A stretch of DNA of 64,000 bases from positions 487,017 through 551,016 of the forward strand of contig JBDZVA010000002.1 in assembly GCA_040255465.1 (NCBI GenBank), read 5' to 3'. The notes below the pieces were generated by a model. That model was not told the origin of the DNA. It did no database searches and saw only the letters and a program-made list of their open reading frames with translations. The translations under genes were made by a program, and so were the position numbers. The stretch comes from Planctomycetaceae bacterium (GTDB lineage: Bacteria; Planctomycetota; Phycisphaerae; Phycisphaerales; UBA5793). Shown here one piece after another: positions 44,383 to 53,908 of the stretch (positions within the stretch are counted from its first letter, which is position 1; each line of letters opens with the position of its first letter).

Positions 44383-45609
44383 ATGGGTGTCTTCACGTAC
44401 CGAGCCCGCGACCTTCGAGGTGAGTTGATCGACGGCACGATCAACTCGGAATCCATCATGGAAGCCAGCCGCGTCCTGCGCGCCGAGGGCAAGTACGTCC
44501 TCGACATTACCCCTGGCGTGGTGAAGTCGATGGAAAGCCGCGTCGAACAGATCCGCACCGCCGAGGCGGCCCGGCGCGTGTCTCGGCCGGATGTGATCGA
44601 ATTCTGCCACCAGATCAGCGTCATGCTCGACGCCGGCGTGCCGCTTGGCGATGCGCTTGAAGCGTTCAATGCAGTGGGGCAGACGACCCATTTCCGCCGG
44701 ATCTCGCGCGCCATCCAGGATGAAGTCCACTCCGGTGCCACCCTCTCCTCGGCCATGGCCCGCTGGCCCCGCGTCTTCCCGCCGATCACGGTGACACTCG
44801 TCAAGGCGTCCGAGGCGTCGGGCACGATGTCGCTCATGCTCGGCCGCGTTGCGAAGTACATGAGCAAGGAGCTGAAGACCGCCAAGCAGATTCGCGGCGC
44901 GCTCGCTTACCCCTGCGTGATGATCATTCTCTCTCTGGCGATTACCGCGTTCCTCGTCACCATCGTGCTTCCGCGATTTGCGACCATCTACGCAAAACGC
45001 GCCGCCATGCTGCCGCTCCCGACAAAAATCATGCTCGGGATCAGCAGCTACCTGCAGCACAACTGGATTCCCATCGTCCTGGGTATCGGCATCGTGGGCG
45101 TGGCGCTGGCGATCTTCCTGAGAACACGAAGCGGTCGCCGCACCATCGACTGGACCAAGCTTCACGTGCCGATCATCGGCGGCATGTACCGGCAGCTCTT
45201 CCTTACACGCAGTGCTCGCACAATGGCAACGCTGATTGTGTCCGGCGTCGATCTACTCGAAGCCGTGTCCATCACCCGCGGCATCACGAACAACCACTAC
45301 TACCAGACCCTCTGGAAACAGGTGGAGTTCGATCTCGAGCAGGGGCGTTCGTTGAGCAACGCCTTTTCGCAGAGCGATCTCATCCACCCGAGTGTGGTGC
45401 GGATGATCTCCGCCGGCGAGCACACCGGCCGTCTGGGGCCCGTCATGGAGCAGATCGGCCAGACCTCGGAGGATGAACTCGATGACACCATCACGCGGGC
45501 GACCCAGTTCATTGAGCCGGCCATGATTGCCATCATGGGTACGGTGGTTGGCTTTGTCGCCATCGCGATGCTGCTGCCAATCATGACGATCTCCAAAGTC
45601 ATCAAGTAA
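44383..45609 (+). CDS. pilC: Inner-membrane platform protein PilC/GspF
   Basis: MLDAGVPL, EASGTM, ALAYP, AGEHTGRL and FIEPAMI motifs. Confidence 0.94.
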   Translation: MGVFTYRARDLRGELIDGTINSESIMEASRVLRAEGKYVLDITPGVVKSMESRVEQIRTAEAARRVSRPDVIEFCHQISVMLDAGVPLGDALEAFNAVGQTTHFRRISRAIQDEVHSGATLSSAMARWPRVFPPITVTLVKASEASGTMSLMLGRVAKYMSKELKTAKQIRGALAYPCVMIILSLAITAFLVTIVLPRFATIYAKRAAMLPLPTKIMLGISSYLQHNWIPIVLGIGIVGVALAIFLRTRSGRRTIDWTKLHVPIIGGMYRQLFLTRSARTMATLIVSGVDLLEAVSITRGITNNHYYQTLWKQVEFDLEQGRSLSNAFSQSDLIHPSVVRMISAGEHTGRLGPVMEQIGQTSEDELDDTITRATQFIEPAMIAIMGTVVGFVAIAMLLPIMTISKVIK

Positions 45610-45635
45610 CGCCGCGCGTGATTAGAAAAACGATC

Positions 45636-45665
45636 GGGACCGGCGGAGGGCGCTCCACCGGTCCC
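45636..45665 (-). terminator. Terminator between convergent pilC and peptidase genes
   Basis: GGGACCGGCGGAG-GGCG-CTCCACCGGTCCC hairpin with a nearby A-run on the + strand. Confidence 0.65.
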
Positions 45666-45685
45666 GGCGTTGAATGTCGCGGTAT

Positions 45686-47239
45686 TCAGTTGTTATTCTG
45701 CCGCCCGCGACGCGGAGCCGGGGCGTCGTTGGCCGCCTCATCGCCGGTCCCTTTGTCTTCGCGGGGCAGAAGGGTCGGGGCGTTGGCGAGATTGAATGCC
45801 GTTACGGCTGCGCACGTCGACGATTGCACAAGGTACTCCGGAATCGCCTGGTCCAGCTTGTCGTTCTGGGTGTGCCAGGCGTACCGATAGTCCGCCCGGC
45901 CGACCTCGTCCCAGAAGAAGCCCGGCACGCCCTTGGCGTTGAACGAAGCATGATCGCTCGCGCCGCCGCGCGGCATGCGCGGATGGATGTGAATCTCAAC
46001 GGGCATGTCAGGAAAGGCTGCATTGATCGGAGCCGTCGCCTCCGTGAGCATCGCCGCCATCGGTTCGACGACCTGCAGTCCGCCCTCGTAGTTCGTGCCG
46101 CCGTCGTCGACGAACACGGCGGAGATCTTGGAGAGCTCTTCCTCGCTCAGCGTGTTCACGTACGCCCGCGAGCCCAGCAGGCCCTGCTCCTCGCCCGTCC
46201 AGAGCATGAAGCGGATGGTGCGCTTGGGCTTGACGCCGCTGGCGGCCAGGATGCGAGCCGCCTCGAGAGTCACGCAGGTTCCCGTCCCGTTGTCGACGGT
46301 CCCTTCAGATCCGGGTCCATCCCAGCTGTCGGTGTGGGCGGAAACAATCACGACCTGGTCAGGCCAGACGGTGCCGGGTATTTCCGCGATGACGTTGTAG
46401 CACGGAACCGGACCCGGGATGAACGTCGCTTTGCAGTCAAACTCCACGACCACATCTTCCCCGTCGGCCAGGCGACTGTTGATCGCGTCGTAGTCCGATC
46501 GGCGCACCGTCACGTTCGCCCACTTGGGCAGGGTTTCGAGATCGACGCTGTTGTACCGGCCACTCGTGTGCACCAGTTCGCCGCCTCGCGCCGCGGAGAT
46601 GACTCCCGCGATCCCGGCGTCCTTGCACTTGGCCAGCCAGTCGGTCGGCGTCGCGCCGGAAGTCTCGACGACCCCGCGACGCGAGCCGCGCGCCCGGGCC
46701 GGCTGCAGAATCCATGCCCCTGCCAGAGTGTTGGCGATGGCGTCAAACTCTTCCTGGGTCGTCGGCTCGCGGTAGACATTCCCTTTCTTGGGACCATCCG
46801 TACCGGGGCTCCACGCCGGCCAGGTGAACTCGAATTCTCGATCAGCCGGGGCCACCATGCGCCCGTAAGACGGGCCGCGATCAAAACCGACCGGAATCGT
46901 TCCCCACTCGCGCACCTCGACGTTCTGGAGGCCCCACGAGCGAAACATCTCCGCCTCCCAGTCGTTGGCCAACTTGGCCCGCGTCGAACCCGTCAGCCGG
47001 GGGCCAATCTCCTGTGTCAGGTGCGTCAGGCGGTCCATGACCTGGTTGCGGTTCTTGCCCTCATCGATGATCCGCATGACCTCAGCCGACCATTGTTGCT
47101 CGGCCGCTGTCGCGCTGGGGGCGAGATGCGCGTTTGACGAATCGTTCCGGGCCGCGCACCCGGTCAGCAGGGCGGCGAGTCCGAGAGTCAGGCAGAGATG
47201 GAAACGGTTTGCTCCGGCCGGCACGGGACGTGGAAACAT
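45686..47239 (-). CDS. M28 family metallopeptidase (carboxypeptidase Q-like), lipoprotein
   Basis: IGPRLTGS, SAHTDSWD, GTVDNGTG, GEEQGLLGS, SDHASF and WHTQND motifs; LTG-C lipobox. Confidence 0.92.
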   Translation of the reverse strand: MFPRPVPAGANRFHLCLTLGLAALLTGCAARNDSSNAHLAPSATAAEQQWSAEVMRIIDEGKNRNQVMDRLTHLTQEIGPRLTGSTRAKLANDWEAEMFRSWGLQNVEVREWGTIPVGFDRGPSYGRMVAPADREFEFTWPAWSPGTDGPKKGNVYREPTTQEEFDAIANTLAGAWILQPARARGSRRGVVETSGATPTDWLAKCKDAGIAGVISAARGGELVHTSGRYNSVDLETLPKWANVTVRRSDYDAINSRLADGEDVVVEFDCKATFIPGPVPCYNVIAEIPGTVWPDQVVIVSAHTDSWDGPGSEGTVDNGTGTCVTLEAARILAASGVKPKRTIRFMLWTGEEQGLLGSRAYVNTLSEEELSKISAVFVDDGGTNYEGGLQVVEPMAAMLTEATAPINAAFPDMPVEIHIHPRMPRGGASDHASFNAKGVPGFFWDEVGRADYRYAWHTQNDKLDQAIPEYLVQSSTCAAVTAFNLANAPTLLPREDKGTGDEAANDAPAPRRGRQNNN

Positions 47240-47344
47240 GACATACCCCTTGGAATGTTGACAAATCCGAACGCCTCCTCGTATGGCCGAGCGGCCACCG
47301 AGTTGCGTTTCAACCACAGGGGGTATCCTATCCGTCCACCTCGA

Positions 47345-50300
47345 TCAGATGATGCGGCCCAGCAGGAAATCATCGCTGTTGTCGTTGTCGACAAACCAGG
47401 TGTCGCTCTTGTTGGTGATCTTCCCGGTGCCGGTGTCGTACTGGATTCGATCGACGCCCCGGGCGGACAGGCCGAAGGGAACGCCACTGTTGTCCCCGTT
47501 GATGTCGCCGAGCGTGACCTTGCCGAACGTCACGGCGGAGAAGATCGAATTGACCATGTCGAACATCTCGTCCCGGACGCCGCGGAGTTTGAGCGTCTTG
47601 ACGCGAGCATCCTCGTTGACGATCAGGTTCGGGTCAACGATCAGCCCGCTCGTAATCGAGAGGTCGAAGCCGACATAGAAGTTGCTGTCAATCGCAGCGC
47701 CGAGTTGGAGCAGGTTGACAGAATCCTGGGTCTGGAAGAGCACATCGCGAGCCACGCCGGTGACCTTCACCGATCGGGCGGCTTCCTTGAAGTCGCTGCC
47801 GTCGTGTCGCAGCACCATCGAACCGGTCCAGTCTCCCTTCAAAGTGGCGTTCTTGAGAGCAAGCACATCCACGTCGCCGTCGAAGTCTCCTCGCACCTTG
47901 ATCGTCGAGAGTCGACCCGGCGTCTCGATCATGACGCCGATCACGGCGCCGCGAACATCGATCTTCTTCCACGATTCGTGATCGTCGTTCTCCGTCCAGA
48001 CGGTCCACAGTCCGCCGATCGCGTCGCCGCGCACCTTCACGAATGTCTGGAGGCCGTCCTCGATGTCCAGTCGCTGAACCGTCAGATCGTTGCGAGCGTC
48101 GAGGCGGTCGAGTTCTCCGAACGCGTAAGTGCCTCCGGTGATCTCCTCGGCGCGGAACTTGCGCGTGTTGCGGCCGACCACGAATCGCGAGTCGCCGCCG
48201 ATGGCCTCGAAGCGGAAGTCTCCCTTGACGCCGTCATCCTGGCGGATGTTGAAACTCGTTCCTTCGGCAATGCTCTCGAATCTCCCGGTCTTGAGGCTGG
48301 TCAGATCGATGCCGGCGCCATCGATGTCAGTCTTCTGCACCTTGAGTGTCTTCAGCCCCGACCCGAGCACGCCGCTGATCGTCGAGCGTCCGTCGCCGCC
48401 GCTGCGCTTCTTGACGTTGAGTGTCAGCGTGTCGCGCGAAGCATCGGTCTCCGCGAGGGTGATGACCAGACCGCCATCCGTCTCCGCCACAGCAAAGAGC
48501 CCGGTGCGCGAGTTGAGCTTGATCGTGACGACGTCGCCGTCCATCTCAGTGTACTCGAACGTCGTGTAGTACACCGTCGTGTCCGCCACCGCGGTCCGGA
48601 TGACCGTTGAGCTTCCGCGGAAGACCGGCTGGGAGCCGATCTCCTGGAACAGACTGATGAGCACGATTTGCGCGTCGTCGGTGACCTGGTTGTACTGCCC
48701 AAGGTTGCGCGGACCGTAGGTTTCGTAGGTAATGGCACCTCCATCACGACTCGCAGCCGTAATGACGATCTGCGGATCACCGCCGGCATAATCCGTAACG
48801 AGGACCTGGTTCGTCTCCCAGATATCGGCGACGGTCGTTGTCGTGCGGGTGTGCTTGTCGCCGATGACGACGAATTGTGCATCGAACAGATGGCCGCGCA
48901 CGGGCGGCGTGATGGTCCAGTGAGCCTCATTCAGTTTGGCGATGTCAGTGCGTGCACGGAAGATGCCCGGATCGCCCGTGGAAGAGCCGAGGATGTCCAG
49001 CAGCACGCTGTGCGCGTTCTGGCGCATGATCGTGGCGCCTTGCGTTCGATCGCCCCACTGGATGCTGAGCAGATTGACATTGTTGTCGAGGAATTGATCC
49101 CCACGACTGGCAATGTCCTCGTTCATGATCGAGTCGACTGCGTTGAGATCATTGGGGCTCTCGGAGCGCAGCCCGAGATTCCGGCCGATGTAGTGGGCGA
49201 TCGTGTTCCGCAGATCGCTGTAGTCGAACTCGCCAAAACGGGCGATCTCTTTGGCGAAGACAACAGCCATGTCGCCCCGATCATTGTTGTCGAGGTCGAG
49301 TCGATCGGCGAGGCCAAAGGATCGCTGCGTGCCATTGGCATTGCGGAAGTTCACATAGTTGAACAGTTTGCCGAATGTCGTCGAGGCGTTGAGCGGACGA
49401 CGCAGCCACTCGGTGTTCCGGGTGTTGGCAATCGTGACGGTATCGCTGTTGCGGCCGCCCACCACCACGTGCATGAAGTCGCCGCTCGACGGGAGCGACG
49501 TCGTGAAGATGATGCTGTAGTCAGCGAACAGCGTCTCCATGTCGGTGCGAATCACGTCCGCAAAGTCGCCACCGAGCCCGAAGTCATTCGCGTCAAACGA
49601 CCCAACGACGTAATTGGTGCCCTCCAGGAAAAACGAGCCGATGTCCTCACCGTCGAAGTCGAGATAGACAACCTGCGGCTCCTCAAACCGGATATTGTCG
49701 ATCAGCGCCCACGCGTCCTTCATCGGATCATTCGAGTCTGCAATGGTGATCTCGATGTCCAGCGACATGATGCCGTTGGGGATCGTGTACGAGGCAGTGA
49801 GCAGGTTGGAATACTCGGTTCCAACTTGAAACCCGTATCCCGGAACGTCGGCGTCCAGTTCAGGATCGCGCTCATTGGTCACATACGCCCCGCCGGCCCC
49901 GATGCGGCCGCGGCCGTCTGACTGCGCGATGTTGACGCCGTTGACGATGATGTCGAAGTAATCGCCCCCATCTGTGTCCATGTCCGAGGTATAAAGGAAG
50001 TCGATGAGCAGACGCTGGACGTTGGCGGAGTTCGGCACAGTCAACGTGAATCGCACCGTCGCGTAATCATCGGCCGCGCCTTCATCGCCCAGGTCGCGGT
50101 AATGCGTCGTGGCGTCGCGCGTCCCCGAGTCCGTCGTGCGAACACCGTCAAACGCATGTGCCGTGCTGATGGCCAGGAACTGGCCGTTCGGCCCGGACGG
50201 CATGCCAAGCAGGCCCTGGACGGTGTAATTCTCAAACACCCCGACCGCGTCGCTGTGCCCTTCGTAGGTCACAATGACGCCTTCGGGAAGGTCAAGCGCC

Positions 50301-50419
50301 GCGGCGATCTCGGCCGGCGTGGCGCTCAGCAGTTTGCGCGGCTCCAGAGACTGGAACGCGGGGCGGGAATCAGGCTGGACATTCCGACGACGAATCGTGC
50401 GATCGCGAAACGCTGGCAT
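47345..50419 (-). CDS. Large extracellular LEPR-XLL multidomain protein with a degenerate metzincin-like domain
   Basis: FQSLEPRKLL, VVYLDFDG...NTIAHYIGRNLGLRS...SIMN, and a C-terminal region related to 7200-9812. GGAGA RBS. Confidence 0.82.
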   Translation of the reverse strand: MPAFRDRTIRRRNVQPDSRPAFQSLEPRKLLSATPAEIAAALDLPEGVIVTYEGHSDAVGVFENYTVQGLLGMPSGPNGQFLAISTAHAFDGVRTTDSGTRDATTHYRDLGDEGAADDYATVRFTLTVPNSANVQRLLIDFLYTSDMDTDGGDYFDIIVNGVNIAQSDGRGRIGAGGAYVTNERDPELDADVPGYGFQVGTEYSNLLTASYTIPNGIMSLDIEITIADSNDPMKDAWALIDNIRFEEPQVVYLDFDGEDIGSFFLEGTNYVVGSFDANDFGLGGDFADVIRTDMETLFADYSIIFTTSLPSSGDFMHVVVGGRNSDTVTIANTRNTEWLRRPLNASTTFGKLFNYVNFRNANGTQRSFGLADRLDLDNNDRGDMAVVFAKEIARFGEFDYSDLRNTIAHYIGRNLGLRSESPNDLNAVDSIMNEDIASRGDQFLDNNVNLLSIQWGDRTQGATIMRQNAHSVLLDILGSSTGDPGIFRARTDIAKLNEAHWTITPPVRGHLFDAQFVVIGDKHTRTTTTVADIWETNQVLVTDYAGGDPQIVITAASRDGGAITYETYGPRNLGQYNQVTDDAQIVLISLFQEIGSQPVFRGSSTVIRTAVADTTVYYTTFEYTEMDGDVVTIKLNSRTGLFAVAETDGGLVITLAETDASRDTLTLNVKKRSGGDGRSTISGVLGSGLKTLKVQKTDIDGAGIDLTSLKTGRFESIAEGTSFNIRQDDGVKGDFRFEAIGGDSRFVVGRNTRKFRAEEITGGTYAFGELDRLDARNDLTVQRLDIEDGLQTFVKVRGDAIGGLWTVWTENDDHESWKKIDVRGAVIGVMIETPGRLSTIKVRGDFDGDVDVLALKNATLKGDWTGSMVLRHDGSDFKEAARSVKVTGVARDVLFQTQDSVNLLQLGAAIDSNFYVGFDLSITSGLIVDPNLIVNEDARVKTLKLRGVRDEMFDMVNSIFSAVTFGKVTLGDINGDNSGVPFGLSARGVDRIQYDTGTGKITNKSDTWFVDNDNSDDFLLGRII

Positions 50420-50647
50420 AGTCGTTCTCCCGTGTCTCAAACTTCTGGTTCGATGCATCGTCCAAGACGCACGAAACCGGATGTCATTCGCCCCGACGTT
50501 GGTGGGAAAGCGGAAGGCGGCTTCCGCCGAAACCTCGCAGTGTCGCGTCGCGCGACTTCGCGTCAGGTCGATTTGGTTCGGCGGTGGGCCCGCCTCGTTC
50601 ACGCTCGTGCAGCGCCGACCGCGCGGCGCTGCGTCTACACTTGCGGC

Positions 50648-51790
50648 GTGTCGTCAACGATTGCACATCTCAGCACAGCCGCAGCCATACTCGCGATGTT
50701 ATGCGCCATTCTGCTGGGCGTCATCCCCATTCTCGCAAAGGAACCGCCCCAATCGCGGGCTCTCAAGTCCTGGCTCGACATCTGGCTGCCGTTGCTGCTG
50801 GCGCTGCCCATCGTGGCCGTACCGCTGCTTCCGGGGGCCACACATCTCCCATCGCCGCTGCTGCTCAGCCTCGTCAACCTCATCCCCGTTTCACTCGCCG
50901 CCCTGATCGCCGGGGCCGCCCTCATCGACTCCCGCTGCCGGCCTGTTCGGTGCATTGACGGCAATCATGTCATCGCATTGATCGCAATCGCCATCGTGCT
51001 CCTGCTTGCGGCATTCACGGGACGCTTGATGGACTGGTCCGGCCACTTGCTCATCACTGCGGCGATGTTGTGGCTTTGGACGGTGAGCAGCGAACCGAGC
51101 ACCGCCGCAGGCCAAGCCTCGACCCAGGGCGACCCGGTGTTTCTGGTCGACTGGACGGGTCCGCTCCGCCACCCGATTGGAGCTCTGGCTCAGAGCCTGC
51201 TGCTCCTGGCGCCGCTGGGCTTGCTCCTGGCGGTCCTGTCGCGGTATCTCATGGCCGTCCCGGAGCCAGCGGGGATGTCCGTGCCCATGCAGGCCGCGCT
51301 ACTGCTGCCCGCCGTGGCTCAAGCGGCGGTGCTCGCGGCTCTGTGGATCCGGGTCGCTCCCGCGGCGGCCATTCGCTGCTCGGTTTCCACCAGTATCCTC
51401 ACGGTCCTGTTTGGTCTGGGCGTGTTGTGTGCCCGGCTCATCCCGTGGCTTTCGCTGGTCGCGGGCCTGCGCCACGGGGTGGAGTCCTCCTACGAGGTCA
51501 CCGACCTCACGGGCCTGTCCACGCTGCTGCTGCCCGCACTGCTCCTGCTCGCGCTCGCGGCTCTGGGGGTGACCCAGTTCTGCGCCCGCCGAACGTTGCT
51601 GACGATGGGCTGGGGGCTCGTCGCGGTCGCGCTCGTCGTTCTGGCCATCAGCCTCTCCGTGGCCCGATCGCACTGGCCCGCAGCGCCGCGGCAGGCCACA
51701 CCCTCCGCCGCTCCGCCCGCCCCCAACGGCAGCGGCGATTTGGCGCCGCAATCAAGCACCGGGACTTTTCTACAAGACTCCGCCATCTGA
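50648..51790 (+). CDS. Polytopic membrane protein, unknown function
   Basis: About 10 Leu-rich hydrophobic segments; start inferred. Confidence 0.7.
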   Translation: MSSTIAHLSTAAAILAMLCAILLGVIPILAKEPPQSRALKSWLDIWLPLLLALPIVAVPLLPGATHLPSPLLLSLVNLIPVSLAALIAGAALIDSRCRPVRCIDGNHVIALIAIAIVLLLAAFTGRLMDWSGHLLITAAMLWLWTVSSEPSTAAGQASTQGDPVFLVDWTGPLRHPIGALAQSLLLLAPLGLLLAVLSRYLMAVPEPAGMSVPMQAALLLPAVAQAAVLAALWIRVAPAAAIRCSVSTSILTVLFGLGVLCARLIPWLSLVAGLRHGVESSYEVTDLTGLSTLLLPALLLLALAALGVTQFCARRTLLTMGWGLVAVALVVLAISLSVARSHWPAAPRQATPSAAPPAPNGSGDLAPQSSTGTFLQDSAI

Positions 51791-51848
51791 CCGAACAAGA
51801 ATCACGTTTGGTGCTCTCACTCCCGCGGCGCACGAGGCGCTGCGTCCC

Positions 51849-52262
51849 ATGGCCCATCCCACGGAAGGGGTTGCCGCGTTGAATGCCGTCATGACCTACA
51901 GCCGCCGAGTCCTGCCTTCGGTCCGTGAGTCGATCACTCACAAGTTCTGCATCAACGGACAGGAGGGGTACCTGACCATCGGTCTGCACGCCGACGGCAC
52001 GCCGGGCGAGGTCTTCATCAAGATCAGCAAGGAAGGCTCGACGCTCTCGGGCCTCATCCAGGCCTACTGCCTCGCCTTCAGCCTCGCGCTGCAATATGGC
52101 CTGTCGCTCGAAGACGCCATCGTTCGCTTCAAAGGCATGCGCTTCGACCCCATGGGCCCGACAAGCAACCCCGACATCCCCGAAGCCAAGAGCATCATCG
52201 ACTACACCGCGCGCTACCTCGAACTGCACTTCGTCAAACGCAAAGCCGACACGCACAACTGA
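51849..52262 (+). CDS. Stand-alone TSCPD domain (C-terminal module of class II ribonucleotide reductase)
   Basis: SITHKF...EGYLTIGL...GTPGEVFIKISKEGSTLSG...SLALQYG...FDPMGPTSNPDIPEAKSIIDY. Confidence 0.88.
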   Translation: MAHPTEGVAALNAVMTYSRRVLPSVRESITHKFCINGQEGYLTIGLHADGTPGEVFIKISKEGSTLSGLIQAYCLAFSLALQYGLSLEDAIVRFKGMRFDPMGPTSNPDIPEAKSIIDYTARYLELHFVKRKADTHN

Positions 52263-52360
52263 GTCAGCGCGGCCGCTGACGAGCCGACCCCACCAGACGT
52301 AAGTCTGCTCTCATCCGCGCAGGGCCGACGAAGTGGCAACGCAGAGATTCAACCGCGTGA

Positions 52361-52882
52361 TCATACCATCATCGACTTGTTCATGATCACGCTGCGGTAG
52401 TTGGTAATGTCCCACTTGGCTTCGCCGACGATCTTGTAGCCGCGCCGCGCGTACATTGCGATCAGTTGCGTTGCGCCCTCGGCCGTGTCGAGCGCGAGGT
52501 TTGCGATGCCGCGCCGCCTCGTCTCCTGCTCCACGGTCTCCAGCAGCCGGTTGCCGATCCCGCGCCCCTGCAACTCGGGCTCGACGCCGAACTGCCCGAA
52601 GCACGCCACGTCGCCGCGATCATACCACGCGCAGCCAAAGACATTTGGCGGCACATAGAGCGTCACCGTGCCCACGATCGCTCCAGCGCGCTGAGCGACA
52701 AACGGCACGCCGTCCGTGAGCCGCTTGAGCGTGCCGGCCGCGTCCTGCCAGGTGGCGTGGTAGCGGAACCCAAGCCGCGCCAACTGCCCGTACGCTCGAT
52801 GCAGCAGGTGCGTGATGGCCAACACGTCATCATCCTCACGCCACGGCCGAACAACGATCGAGGCATCCACGCTGGCCGCCAT
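52361..52882 (-). CDS. GNAT family N-acetyltransferase
   Basis: FGVEPELQGRGIG motif A; LIAMYARRGY. Confidence 0.9.
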   Translation of the reverse strand: MAASVDASIVVRPWREDDDVLAITHLLHRAYGQLARLGFRYHATWQDAAGTLKRLTDGVPFVAQRAGAIVGTVTLYVPPNVFGCAWYDRGDVACFGQFGVEPELQGRGIGNRLLETVEQETRRRGIANLALDTAEGATQLIAMYARRGYKIVGEAKWDITNYRSVIMNKSMMV

Positions 52883-53083
52883 AGTCCCGTCCTCGCCGGT
52901 TGAGCGCAAGTTCGCCCGATCGGGCTCCCTCGTCCGATGTGACCGAGCCTATGCCACGGGATGGTGTGCCGCAAGACACCTGCGCGGGCGATCAAAGTAG
53001 CACGGACCCTCGGTCGGCGGATCGCGCTGTCACTGCATCGCCCCGAGACGGTCGTACGCTATCAACGGACGCCGCCGCAGCGC

Positions 53084-53878
53084 CTACGGCCCCTTGCGCT
53101 CATCCAGTGGCTGGATGTCGACGCGCCAGCCGTCTTTGAGCGATGGCGTTGCGGTGCTGAACTCTTCGGGCTTGATCTCGGCCGTGTTGATCGTGGTGTT
53201 CGCCAGGTCGACCTGCACGGTGTCTCCGCCGCGCTGGGTGATCAGGGCCCGGCCGGGAAGCAGCGTTTGGGGGTGGTACCAGAGATCAACCGTTTCCAGG
53301 TCGTCATCGGCGCGGCGGGCGCTGAGGCGAAGGCGGTAGTAACCCGCGAGCCGAGCGCTGGCCTCGGATGATTCTCGATCGAGCAGCGTCGCGGTGAAGC
53401 GCTTGAGGATCATCGCCTTGGTCTGCCCGATGGGCAGGGGCAGGGGGCCGTCGATCGCCAGCGGGTCAATTTCCTGTCCCGGCCGCACGACCTCGCGCTT
53501 GATGAAGTGCTTCTCTTCGTTGAGGCGCTCGACGAGGTAATACCCATCGAAGATATAGTCGCGGCTCTGCTCTTCGATTCCCCGGCTGCTGATGAACTGG
53601 GTGAACGACACGCGGAACTGCTTGAGGTTGCGGTCCGGCGAAATGCTCAACACCGCCGTCCCCTTGCGCACCTGAGTGTCATCGAGCAGGGCCTGCACGG
53701 TTTCGTAACGGATCGTCGTTTGGAGGGTGTTGATCTTTGCGTCCGAGGCGGAGACGGCGTCGAGCAGCTCGTCCGCCGTTGTGAACGCGGGAGTTGCCGC
53801 CACATCCGCCGGAGTTGATTCCGCGGGTGGCGTCAGGCCGAGCATCAGTGCCAGCAGCAGTGAGGCGATCCATGTCAC
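53084..53878 (-). CDS. Periplasmic LolA-fold-like protein
   Basis: Signal peptide; beta-rich pattern (TLQTTIRY, DYIFDG, DLWYHPQTLLP, NTAEIKPEEF) reminiscent of LolA-like carriers. Confidence 0.55.
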   Translation of the reverse strand: MTWIASLLLALMLGLTPPAESTPADVAATPAFTTADELLDAVSASDAKINTLQTTIRYETVQALLDDTQVRKGTAVLSISPDRNLKQFRVSFTQFISSRGIEEQSRDYIFDGYYLVERLNEEKHFIKREVVRPGQEIDPLAIDGPLPLPIGQTKAMILKRFTATLLDRESSEASARLAGYYRLRLSARRADDDLETVDLWYHPQTLLPGRALITQRGGDTVQVDLANTTINTAEIKPEEFSTATPSLKDGWRVDIQPLDERKGP

Positions 53879-53908
53879 GAGTCAGTCTCCTTGGAAGCCG
53901 TAAGGCGG

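Noticed and set aside
42049..45165. 1038-aa minus-strand ORF
   Set aside because: Antisense shadow of STAS/pilB/pilC, typical of high-GC codon bias; no motifs.
45674..49921. Long plus-strand ORFs (45674, 47198, 48668)
   Set aside because: Antisense to the M28 peptidase and LEPR-XLL genes.
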